Part shown: positions 18,441-30,152 of the stretch, one piece after another | Layout of the letters: each line of letters opens with the position of its first letter | Numbering within the stretch: position 1 is the stretch's first letter | From: a virus | Lineage: Duplodnaviria; Caudoviricetes | DNA length: 64,000 nt | Virus record (IMG/VR): IMGVR_UViG_3300001528_000230 | Location: 2,918 to 66,917 of that record | Reading direction: 5' to 3' (one strand) | Notes under the pieces: generated by a model | The model's database searches: none | What the model was told of the DNA's origin: nothing | What the model saw: only the letters and a program-made list of their open reading frames with translations | Program-made: the position numbers and the translations under genes

Positions 18441-19169
18441 CTAATATCCACAAGCATACCACTCGATGCTTTTAATGGTGGTTCCTAATTCTGTGTTCCA
18501 TACTACCCCAACATTGGTTTTACTTTGATAGCATAAATCAGAAGGGTTAGTAATAGCTGTATTACCAGCTTCTATAGCCACTGTAAATACATAGTCGGTG
18601 CCAGTATAAGGGGTATAAAAAGTTATGTTTTTAGTTGTGGCTTTACCCCATTGTTCTTTTTTACCGTCAGACCATAAACAATATTTACTACTACCATTAT
18701 GATAACACTCGGTTACATAAGGTTTTTCACAGTTGGATAAATCCTTATTAACTTTATTATCAAGGCTAGTTTTTAAATCAGCTTGGTTTGTGATAGTACC
18801 TGTGATTTTACCCCATTCGCCTGATGTAAACGTATTGGATATTACCCCATCTTGTATAGCTATACCTACACCAACAGTTAATTCGTCTTGTTTAGTATTA
18901 AGTTGTTTTAATACATCAACAGTTTTAGCATAAGGTCTTAACTCATAGTTAACAACAAAGTTAGCATTATTTGTTAAATCAGAGGTATCGCTAGGGATAA
19001 ACGGCACATCTTTTAAATCTTTGTATTCACCAGTAAAAGCTACTGTGGCTAAATCCTTTGAGTTTGCCTTTTCGGCTAACAACTCATTGGTTTCAATCTT
19101 ATTGTAAACATCACCTTGTACTACTTCGTAGCAACCTGCAATGATTTTATCCCCAAGTCTAATAGACAT
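18441..19169 (-). CDS. Short tail fibre protein with gp53-like/H-type-lectin-like C-terminal domain
   Basis: DLATVAFTGEYKDL shaft motif; YCLWSDGKKEQWG...ITFYTPYT...IEWYACGY C-terminus. Confidence 0.7.
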   Translation of the reverse strand: MSIRLGDKIIAGCYEVVQGDVYNKIETNELLAEKANSKDLATVAFTGEYKDLKDVPFIPSDTSDLTNNANFVVNYELRPYAKTVDVLKQLNTKQDELTVGVGIAIQDGVISNTFTSGEWGKITGTITNQADLKTSLDNKVNKDLSNCEKPYVTECYHNGSSKYCLWSDGKKEQWGKATTKNITFYTPYTGTDYVFTVAIEAGNTAITNPSDLCYQSKTNVGVVWNTELGTTIKSIEWYACGY

Positions 19170-19224
19170 TAAGCTATCTCCACGAACTGTTATATTACTA
19201 TTATAGTTGACACCCAGCTAGGCT

Positions 19225-20601
19225 TTAATCTTCAAGCTGTATCTTACCCTTGCCGTACATCTGACTAGGTTGTAACCCTTCTATAGTATAGGTTGTAGTG
19301 CCTTCGTAAATTGGTAAGTCGGGCAAATCCACCTGTTGTATCAAAGGTTGTGATAACTCCATTAGACTATCACAAATAGGTTTACAACCTGTGTTATCAA
19401 TAAGTTGTAATTTACGCACAACACATTGTTTTTTAAAGTCAAGGTAGTCGCAACAAGTTTCGGTTTTATACAATGGTTTATCTAAAACAATAGGTATTAC
19501 CTCAGTTATAGTATTATCCTCATTGGTAGCAGTTATATTGATTTTATATCCGTATTGTTCATAATCTGTGGCTGTATTACCTTCTTCAAGTTGTAAAACA
19601 TTAAGGTCTTCATTGCTTTTGTTTATACTGAAACGGACAAATTTAAGGGGTTTATCTGTTGTAATATTAACCACTCTGCTATAATTATACATAGTTGCAA
19701 CCACAAGTTTTTTATCGGCATCATAGCCTATTAAACATGGGGTTATACCGAGTTCACTATCTCTGGTTAAAGTAAAACTATTACCGTTTACAGGTATATA
19801 ATCAGTAACACACCAAAAGTTATTATTAGTTATAGTACCATCAGAGTTTAAATAAGTATTATCGGTTAAAGTCTGGGTTTTATCAAATAGATTTTTGGTC
19901 TGAACTCCTACTCCTTGGATATCAATAGGGGTATTAACTGTAGGTGCTACATCACCCTGTATAAACTCGTTTGTACCACTATTGGTATAAAAGTGGGTTG
20001 AAACAACATCATACATACCTAACTTATTATCAGAGTTGCGTTTAGCAGGGATTAAATCCATGATTAACTGATTGCTATTATCATAGGCTTTAAATCCATA
20101 GAGGTTTGCACTACAATAATAGTTTGAGTTTTTAATATGTAGTAAACAATAGGTATCAACTATACTAGATTTGCTGTATGTGATATTACTACCTTCTGTT
20201 TCTAAACTAAAAGTATCACCCAAAGTATTATAAGTTATGGTTCTTCTATGGGTAATAGGTGCTGTGATAACATTGATGCCTAGCTCATAGTTAATCCCAT
20301 CTTCTCTTGTGCCCCAAAAGGTACCAGCAGTGGTTGAAAACCCCATTAGATTGCGACCTAGGCTAAAACTTATGTCGTGTACAAATTTGCCACCTTTTAA
20401 CCCTGTGTCAATATATTGGGTACCGTCAGAGGTAATACATTCTAATTGGGTGTACTCATCGGGGATATTAGCCTGTTTTGAATTACCATAGATTTTATAA
20501 TCTACAAGGTTACTAGCATCTTTTATACCCTTTAAGGTTAAAGGATATCCGTATGCTTCTACAAATTGTTTTAAAGCCATCAAGAGTTTAGTAAAAATCA
20601 T
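19225..20601 (-). CDS. Fibre/adhesin-like structural protein (lectin-like modules)
   Basis: YTQLECITSDGTQYIDTG...DLIPAKR...GMYDVVSTHFYTN module and KNLFDK...VLQLEEGNTATDYEQY module, both typical of gut-phage tail proteins. Confidence 0.65.
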   Translation of the reverse strand: MIFTKLLMALKQFVEAYGYPLTLKGIKDASNLVDYKIYGNSKQANIPDEYTQLECITSDGTQYIDTGLKGGKFVHDISFSLGRNLMGFSTTAGTFWGTREDGINYELGINVITAPITHRRTITYNTLGDTFSLETEGSNITYSKSSIVDTYCLLHIKNSNYYCSANLYGFKAYDNSNQLIMDLIPAKRNSDNKLGMYDVVSTHFYTNSGTNEFIQGDVAPTVNTPIDIQGVGVQTKNLFDKTQTLTDNTYLNSDGTITNNNFWCVTDYIPVNGNSFTLTRDSELGITPCLIGYDADKKLVVATMYNYSRVVNITTDKPLKFVRFSINKSNEDLNVLQLEEGNTATDYEQYGYKINITATNEDNTITEVIPIVLDKPLYKTETCCDYLDFKKQCVVRKLQLIDNTGCKPICDSLMELSQPLIQQVDLPDLPIYEGTTTYTIEGLQPSQMYGKGKIQLED

Positions 20602-20610
20602 GGTTTACCC

Positions 20611-21684
20611 CTAACTGTCTATCTCACCTGCTACCATGATGTTATTATAAATGGCTAATATATATTTTTTACCTTCTACAAAAGTAGGATTACCTATAGT
20701 TCTTAAGCTTCTTGGGTAAGTAACAGAAATGTCTTCACCTGCTGTAAACTCAATGGTACACTCAATGGTTGATTTCTCAACGGTTTGAATAGCAAGTGAG
20801 GTTACAACCCCATAAGTATAAGCTGTGCTAGGTGCAGTTTTAGTTATAACTACTTCAGTTGCACTGTCTTCTAAAACTTTAGGCTTTTCTAAAAAGATTT
20901 CATCATCTAAGATACGATTACCTAGGTAGTCAACTCTTGTTATAGTTGTACCATCTGTGTGAATATGGGCAAGTTTACAAGCTACAAGAGGTCTAAACAC
21001 ATTGCCTGACTCATTGGATTTAAACTGCCATTTACCTAGAGACGGTTTCCACCAAGCTATATAGTTGGTAATACCGTTTTCGGGTTCTTCCTCTTGGTAG
21101 AAAACCTCGCCACACTCTAAGAGTTCACCATTTGCGTAAAACAAATCTATATCATCAGTTGATGTAATAGTGTGTTGAAGTGGACCAGTGGTAATAGTTT
21201 TGGCTTCTTGACCTGCACATTGCATTACAACCATAGGTTGAAGCGTTACGGTCATACCTTCAACGGTTAATATACCATTAGGGCACTCCAAGATGCCATA
21301 TTGAGTTGCATAATCGCCTCTTATACCGTGTCGTTCTATCTGAGAGATGATACCGTCTTCTGTGATACTAATGGTTGTACCGTCAGGTTTGACAACACCA
21401 ACTTCATCTTTGGTTGCAATAGGTAGGGTATCAACAGTGAGGTAGTTTCCTTTGATGTGCAATACATCACTAGCAATAGAGTTTACCTCATTACCTAACT
21501 CATCTAAGTTAGCACAAAGTTCACCATTTGAGTTAACCTGTAGGGTTTGATTATCATAGGCTAGGCTTATTACCTCATTGGTGACACTAATAGGTTTAGC
21601 ACCAGTATAAGGGATATCAACCCCAGTGCTATCACCGTCTCCTTGTGGGATTGCCCCACCTGCGTAAAAAATCTTGCCTGCCAC
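20611..21684 (-). CDS. Tail fibre-like structural protein
   Basis: GTG start; AGKIFYAGGAIP N-terminus; GVVKPDGTTISITEDG shaft motif. Confidence 0.65.
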   Translation of the reverse strand: MAGKIFYAGGAIPQGDGDSTGVDIPYTGAKPISVTNEVISLAYDNQTLQVNSNGELCANLDELGNEVNSIASDVLHIKGNYLTVDTLPIATKDEVGVVKPDGTTISITEDGIISQIERHGIRGDYATQYGILECPNGILTVEGMTVTLQPMVVMQCAGQEAKTITTGPLQHTITSTDDIDLFYANGELLECGEVFYQEEEPENGITNYIAWWKPSLGKWQFKSNESGNVFRPLVACKLAHIHTDGTTITRVDYLGNRILDDEIFLEKPKVLEDSATEVVITKTAPSTAYTYGVVTSLAIQTVEKSTIECTIEFTAGEDISVTYPRSLRTIGNPTFVEGKKYILAIYNNIMVAGEIDS

Positions 21685-21739
21685 TCTGTATACCTACTAC
21701 TCGTACAACTATATAACTATTATAGTAGCCACAAGGGTT

Positions 21740-24385
21740 TTAGACATTGGGTTCGACTAAACTATCTTCTACGGTTTGCATTTTAATTCTAGTGATAATA
21801 AGCCTGTCTTCACCAGAGTTAGTTAATAAGTTTTTGGCATACCCAAAAGATAAATAAACATTGCCGTAAGTACCTGTAGTTTTTTCACCGATACCAGTAT
21901 CATCTGTTGATTCACTCATTAGGTTATAATCAACGGTGTATGTTTGAAGGGCATTGTCTGTGCCACTCTGACACATTAGGTAGTTCCAATAGTCTGTATG
22001 AGTTAGGTTTTTCATTTCGGCTACAGTAGGATTTCCTGAGGTATTACCTATCATTATACAACCATAGTCTCCATTTTTTTGGCTACTTACATAGGCATCT
22101 ACCTCAACATGTACTAGCTGAGGCTTATTACTTCTTGAGTATATCACTCTGTTTAAATAACCATAAGATGTACCGTAACTTTTATGGTATGATCTTTGGC
22201 TGACCAAAGCATTTAGTGTATTATTTACTGCATATGAACCATCTTCTAAACCTAGATGAGATTTATCATCTCGTCCAGTAAAGGTGTCAAACGGATAGGT
22301 ATATTCTAGGTTTATATATGGGTATATTCGAATATCTATATAATTGTCTTCTACAACTCTCGTCCATCCATCAACAGTATAATATCCGTCTTTTTCTACT
22401 TTGTAGTATACTAAGGTGTTTTTATCTATCTTTTTGTCGAAATATACAGTATTATTACCACTTAGGGGCTCGTCATAGGATTCACCATTGGTAAAGGTAT
22501 ACTCTGCATCTTTATATTTTAAGGTAATAGTAGTATTAGGTGTATTGATATCAAAACCAAGCTTATATTGTTCCCAATCCTCTGGTTTATCAATTAGTAT
22601 ATCTAAATAGTTAACCCCGACAGTAAATTTGGGTTCTATACTTGAGTTCTCTTGTGTAGGTGCATCTACAAACATGTTTAAATAATAGGCTTTATTTTCG
22701 TCTATATCTAATGATATACTATTATTATCTTCTATTATATCATCGGCTGTAGTAGTTGTGTATATACCTACAAATTGTCCATCACTAGCAGGTGTACTAC
22801 TTGATATATTCTCTTTGGTTAATGTATAGTTGGACTCCCCAAAGTGGAACGCAGAAGTTAATCCAGCAAAGTTTTTGCATTTACAAGCTGTACTCAAAAG
22901 TAGTCTAGGATTGCCACTACTTATAGGGTTTACTACAATGTGTGCAGTGTTTTGATAACTACCTATTCTATCTTGATTACGGTAAACGCTTTGGTTTATA
23001 AATGCCTTAGTAGTAAAGAATATAGAATCTTGGGTTGTATCATCACCGTGTACATTAGTAAGGTCAAACCCACTTTGTAGTTCATCTGATGATGTATTTA
23101 AAGTATAAAGCGTAACCTTTTCAGTGTAATCTAAATCTTTAGTAGTGTCTGTTTGTATATTTGTGATTGTACCTTGTTTTGAACCATAATAGGTTGATAC
23201 AGCATCGTAAGACACATCAGCACCTTGGGCTACTTTAATGCTATTACCCTCTGTGGTTTCTCCATAGGCTGTAAGAAATACTTTTACACCGTCAACACTA
23301 GGGTTAACTGTAACAGTAATATCTTTTTCTTGTAATACTATATCTAAAGTATTTTCTCCAGCATCAACTGTGCCCTCTTGAGTTACATAACCCTCTTTGT
23401 ATATCTTATATTTAAAACTACTATAATAAGTAGCACCCATATAGGTTGTACCTTCTACTTTTGAAACCTGACCATAAGGTACTGTACACTCAATAGTTGC
23501 ATCGCTAGGTGTTACATTAAAGGTTACTCTTGAAGGTCCACCCCAATCATAGGGTACATCTGTGTAGTTTTTACCAGCTGTAGCGTTTTGAAAGCATGAG
23601 CTATAGTTGATTACATTTGTGCGTTCCCAGAGTCGTGGGAGTGTTACTCTTGATGATACACTACCGAAGCAGGTTGAAAAATCTGTAACCTTAGTGCATT
23701 TATCAAATATATTAGAACTCATAGTGTCGATACCATAGAAGGTGTTTAGTGCACTAGCAAAAGTAGTAACCTCGGTGCACTTGTCAAATATTCCATCAGG
23801 TAATACCCCAAATCTTGCATAACTAAATAAAAACCTCATATCTGTAACATTTGGGGTATAATGAAATAAATCCGAAGGTATAAACCACTGACCCGTCCAG
23901 CCATAAAACTGAAAAGTTGAGTTCATAGATGTAATCTGTGGGTTTTTAACAAAAAACTTTCTAGGTAAACTTCTACAGTTAGACTCATTGCGTAAAAATT
24001 CATCGAAAGTTTTACGGGGGTTATTACCAGTATAGCAGGTCAACAATGGAGTTAATATTCTTTTTACAACCCCAGTAGGTGAACAAGTAAAGTAAGGCAT
24101 ATTACCTGTTGTAGATGATATAGTAATTTTATAATCACCTTGGGTAGTATAAGTATGACTCATATCGCCAGAGCTGTACTCTTCTGTGGTTTCATCGCCC
24201 CAGTCTACAGTTATTGGGTTTATATATGTGTCTGTAGCATCCATAGTATATGCTTTATCAGATGTAGCCACCCTTAGTGTAAAAGCATAGTTATCAGAGG
24301 GTATAGACGCCTCAAAGCTATAATGTTTTTCATCCCAACGGCTTCCAGCTCCACCCAAAGGATTAAACTTAGAAACTAAAGACAT
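21740..24385 (-). CDS. Large surface/adhesin-like protein: PKD-like domain, BspA-type LRRs, PEGA/Ig-like repeats
   Basis: ITVDWGDETTEEY (PKD), PSDLFHYTPNVTDMRFLF / PDGIFDKCTEVTTF (BspA-like LRR), VTFNVTPSDATI...YKIYKEGYVTQEG (PEGA-like). Confidence 0.7.
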   Translation of the reverse strand: MSLVSKFNPLGGAGSRWDEKHYSFEASIPSDNYAFTLRVATSDKAYTMDATDTYINPITVDWGDETTEEYSSGDMSHTYTTQGDYKITISSTTGNMPYFTCSPTGVVKRILTPLLTCYTGNNPRKTFDEFLRNESNCRSLPRKFFVKNPQITSMNSTFQFYGWTGQWFIPSDLFHYTPNVTDMRFLFSYARFGVLPDGIFDKCTEVTTFASALNTFYGIDTMSSNIFDKCTKVTDFSTCFGSVSSRVTLPRLWERTNVINYSSCFQNATAGKNYTDVPYDWGGPSRVTFNVTPSDATIECTVPYGQVSKVEGTTYMGATYYSSFKYKIYKEGYVTQEGTVDAGENTLDIVLQEKDITVTVNPSVDGVKVFLTAYGETTEGNSIKVAQGADVSYDAVSTYYGSKQGTITNIQTDTTKDLDYTEKVTLYTLNTSSDELQSGFDLTNVHGDDTTQDSIFFTTKAFINQSVYRNQDRIGSYQNTAHIVVNPISSGNPRLLLSTACKCKNFAGLTSAFHFGESNYTLTKENISSSTPASDGQFVGIYTTTTADDIIEDNNSISLDIDENKAYYLNMFVDAPTQENSSIEPKFTVGVNYLDILIDKPEDWEQYKLGFDINTPNTTITLKYKDAEYTFTNGESYDEPLSGNNTVYFDKKIDKNTLVYYKVEKDGYYTVDGWTRVVEDNYIDIRIYPYINLEYTYPFDTFTGRDDKSHLGLEDGSYAVNNTLNALVSQRSYHKSYGTSYGYLNRVIYSRSNKPQLVHVEVDAYVSSQKNGDYGCIMIGNTSGNPTVAEMKNLTHTDYWNYLMCQSGTDNALQTYTVDYNLMSESTDDTGIGEKTTGTYGNVYLSFGYAKNLLTNSGEDRLIITRIKMQTVEDSLVEPNV

Positions 24386-24386
24386 T

Positions 24387-25208
24387 TTAACTCCATTTAC
24401 CCTGTAGGTTGCCTATCCAAGTATTACCTAAATCAAAAGTTCTAAACACAAGTAAGTAATTACCATCGCTTGACATTTCTGGGGTATAACCATCTAACCA
24501 TACTACATTAGGAAATGAGCTCTGAGTCATTTGTGGGTCAGCTGTACCCTCTAAAGTTAGCAACAACTCAAAGGTATATACATCACGGAACCCAACATAG
24601 GTACTAAAATCTATATATTGTGTATCAAACGTGAAAGAAGGTAATACTGATGAGGTACTAGACATTTTTACCTTATATAGTGAAGCACAAGAACTCAAGT
24701 TTATAGTGCAAGATATACCAGTATCATTAGTTATATCTGGTAATGTAACAATAGGTTGTATACCCTCTTTGGATAATAAAGCCCAATTAGTCCATGTATA
24801 ATTAGTAGTACCACGAGCGAACCTTGTGTATGTCTTACCTTCACAAAACAAGCGTTGTACAATCTTAGAAGGTGTACCAGTAGAGGTATCACCACATTTT
24901 AAAACTTCTAAGTTGAAATTTAAACCTTGTACACCATAATAGGGTATATTAGTACAAGTATTACCATGTCTAGCAAAGTAAACCTTGTTGTCTTGAGTTA
25001 AGCTGTTTAAATCCTCTGTAGTTAACTCAATGGTGTTAATACTTATATTATTTAAAACACTTTGTATACTTTCTAGGGTTGTATCTGTAGCTGATACATA
25101 AGACTCAAAATCAGTTTGAGTTGTATAAGTTGAGCTAATACGCTTGCCTTTATCATCACGTATTGTTGCACCAGAAACTATATTATCTAAATATGTTTTA
25201 TCAGCCAT
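24387..25208 (-). CDS. Tail fibre-like protein with knob domain
   Basis: MADKTYLDNIVSGATIRDDKGKRI and IELTTEDLNSL..DNKVYFA..GNTCTN are paralogous to 10185-12488. Confidence 0.7.
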   Translation of the reverse strand: MADKTYLDNIVSGATIRDDKGKRISSTYTTQTDFESYVSATDTTLESIQSVLNNISINTIELTTEDLNSLTQDNKVYFARHGNTCTNIPYYGVQGLNFNLEVLKCGDTSTGTPSKIVQRLFCEGKTYTRFARGTTNYTWTNWALLSKEGIQPIVTLPDITNDTGISCTINLSSCASLYKVKMSSTSSVLPSFTFDTQYIDFSTYVGFRDVYTFELLLTLEGTADPQMTQSSFPNVVWLDGYTPEMSSDGNYLLVFRTFDLGNTWIGNLQGKWS

Positions 25209-25210
25209 AG

Positions 25211-28165
<2,955 letters not shown>

Positions 28166-28183
28166 TTATACACTCCACTGTAC

Positions 28184-28543
28184 TTAAGGGTAGAAAATAG
28201 TAAACGGACATAAGTCGTTGTTACTAGAGGATATAATCTTTTTACAACTATTTTTGATTAACCAAACTGTAAGGTAATACACTCTGCCTTTGTATAACTT
28301 TTCGTAGTCTTCATCTGTAAAAACTACAAAGAATTTACCTTTGGTTGGATTACTTATACTACCTATGTTGTTTAACTCATCAGATTTATCTGCAAAGGTT
28401 TTACTGATGATTGGTTCTTCGTCTGTTACTTCATCGTATAACTCAAATAGGATTTTACAATTAGTTAAATCTACAGGATTACCTTGTTTGTCTTTACAAG
28501 CAAATTTTAAAGGGCAGGTTTCACCATATTTTATACCTAACAT
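28184..28543 (-). CDS. BppU-like Ig-fold baseplate/fibre adaptor
   Basis: GET..LKF.CKDKQGNPVDLTNCKI.F...GKFFVVFT pattern. Confidence 0.55.
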   Translation of the reverse strand: MLGIKYGETCPLKFACKDKQGNPVDLTNCKILFELYDEVTDEEPIISKTFADKSDELNNIGSISNPTKGKFFVVFTDEDYEKLYKGRVYYLTVWLIKNSCKKIISSSNNDLCPFTIFYP

Positions 28544-28553
28544 GTTCTACCCC

Positions 28554-28805
28554 TTATTCAATGTTTTGCTGTTTAACTATATAGTCTATTACTTCGTTGA
28601 GGTATTGAACCTGAGTACATAAATATCTAAGTAAATAATCCTCTTTGTGAACATTAGGTATACTAGATAGTAAAGTTTCAGTTTCACCCGTCATGTTTCT
28701 ACCTTGTCTCATTTCTTCATCGGTCATGACGTTTACATTGCTGTTAATAGCATAGATATATTTTCTTAAAGCGTAATCTCCAGTTGGTTTTTCTGGTAAA
28801 GCCAT
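28554..28805 (-). CDS. 83-aa protein paralogous to the N-terminal domain of the main tail fibre
   Basis: MALPEKPTGDYALRKY...IPNVHKEDYL aligns by eye to MAYPSNKPSGIYDLREY...VPDAHQANWL of 30149-31525. Confidence 0.7.
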   Translation of the reverse strand: MALPEKPTGDYALRKYIYAINSNVNVMTDEEMRQGRNMTGETETLLSSIPNVHKEDYLLRYLCTQVQYLNEVIDYIVKQQNIE

Positions 28806-28817
28806 TAAGGTGTACTC

Positions 28818-29537
28818 CTATTTTTTAAGCCAAGCTTCATAGGCTTTTACTAATTTGTTATAATCGTTTTGTTTTAATAAATAGTCGTATAAATCTTGTT
28901 TATCTAAATAAATCTGGTCTACCACATCGGACATACAAGATATGATTAACTTCATACTGTTTTTATCAACTACGTTATACTGACTATGGTTATCACGCAA
29001 ACGGTAGTTCTCACGGATATCATCTCTTAGCATTGTATAGATTTCGTTATACAATGTTTTCCAACTTGGGAGATAGTAAAACCCGTTGAACTCAAACTCT
29101 TTTTCAAACTTTGCGTTCCACTCGTCAGGTATTAAATCTGTGATTAAATGTTTTTTGTATTCCAAAACATTTGCTACCCATTGGTTTGTATTTGAGTCAT
29201 ACTCCCAGTAGTCTCCATCAGGTTTATTAGCTCTAACCGAGTCAGTTGAGGCATATATTTCAGGGATACTACCCAAAAAGTTTATAACTTCTTTTGACTC
29301 AGTGGTGGTATTATAATAGGTTTCACCTCTGTGGTCTTCAAGTTTTTTCCATTTGTTGCCAGCCCATACGATAGCATACCCTTCGGTTAACTCTGGAGGT
29401 GCTACTGTTGTTGCATAAGCTGGGATTATAGGCTCATCAGGATTAAGTGGGTTTTTATCCGATGTGCTTTTATATAAAAACTCTTTACTTATAGGGTCGT
29501 ATAAATATATGTCTACTTGTTTATATGTTTCAACCAT
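28818..29537 (-). CDS. Tail fibre assembly chaperone (lambda Tfa-like)
   Basis: YLYDPISKEFL...IPAYATTVAPP..GYAIVWAGNKWKKLEDHRGETYY is the Tfa signature. Confidence 0.85.
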   Translation of the reverse strand: MVETYKQVDIYLYDPISKEFLYKSTSDKNPLNPDEPIIPAYATTVAPPELTEGYAIVWAGNKWKKLEDHRGETYYNTTTESKEVINFLGSIPEIYASTDSVRANKPDGDYWEYDSNTNQWVANVLEYKKHLITDLIPDEWNAKFEKEFEFNGFYYLPSWKTLYNEIYTMLRDDIRENYRLRDNHSQYNVVDKNSMKLIISCMSDVVDQIYLDKQDLYDYLLKQNDYNKLVKAYEAWLKK

Positions 29538-29649
29538 ACAGTTTATCCTTTGTTATATCTCTATTATAGTGCTACAAATAATGTTCACAAACCGACTATA
29601 TTACAGGGGCAGGTGTAATTCACAGTGGTTTATCGCTAATTTAGACCGA

Positions 29650-29877
29650 TATCAACCTGATGGTTTACCAAACCTAGAGGGTAGATTCTGGGGTGGTATG
29701 GGTACCGATATGGATGGTAAACTATTTGCAAATCAATACAGAGTTAACTCTTATGATGGTAATGGTCCATACGGTTTTGCTTATAGCTTTAATGCCTCTA
29801 GGTATAACTCAATCTATGGTAACTCTACACACGTACAACCTATGAATGTTAGTATGTTACCTATTCTAAAATATTAG
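29650..29877 (+). other. Silent alternative tail-fibre tip cassette A (75 aa, no own start)
   Basis: YQPDGLPNLEG...NASRYNSIYGNSTHVQPMNVSMLPILKY*, inverted relative to the fibre gene; begins at the shared 18-bp site. Confidence 0.88.
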
Positions 29878-29903
29878 GTAAACATTAGCGTGTGATACCT
29901 CGA

Positions 29904-30152
29904 TATCAACCTGATGGTTTGCCTGAAATCTCTGGTTCAGCTGGTAATATATCTCAAACTTTCGCAGAAGACGGTTGGACCAATGGCTGTTTTTACAAAG
30001 GTGAATCTAGTGCAGGTCATACCCCTGTTAAAGTTGATGGTAGTAGAACAGGGATTTTAAATTTTCAAGCTTCACGTTCTAGCTCAGTTTACGGTAAATC
30101 CAGCAATGTACAACCTAAGAATGTGTCAATTCTACCTATCTTGAAATATTAA
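29904..30152 (+). other. Silent alternative tail-fibre tip cassette B (82 aa)
   Basis: YQPDGLPEISG...QASRSSSVYGKSSNVQPKNVSILPILKY*; stop codon overlaps the stop of the expressed fibre tail-to-tail (AAATATTAATATTT). Confidence 0.88.

Noticed and set aside
29649-29666. Crossover site as a classical hix/gix site
   Set aside because: It shares AACC...GGTT arms, but the centre is 4 bp rather than 2 bp and the outer arms do not fit the 26-bp consensus, so the recombinase family is not assigned.
29464-29877. 137-aa plus-strand ORF as an independent gene
   Set aside because: Its 5' part is antisense to tfa and spans the late promoter, with no RBS. Similarity to the fibre starts abruptly at the 18-bp site, so it is treated as a silent cassette. 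The same applies to the GTG start at 29892.
29633-29891. ATTAGCG/CGCTAAT 7-mer in opposite orientations upstream of sites A and B
   Set aside because: It is too short, lies at different distances from the sites and is absent at the expressed site; it could be chance.
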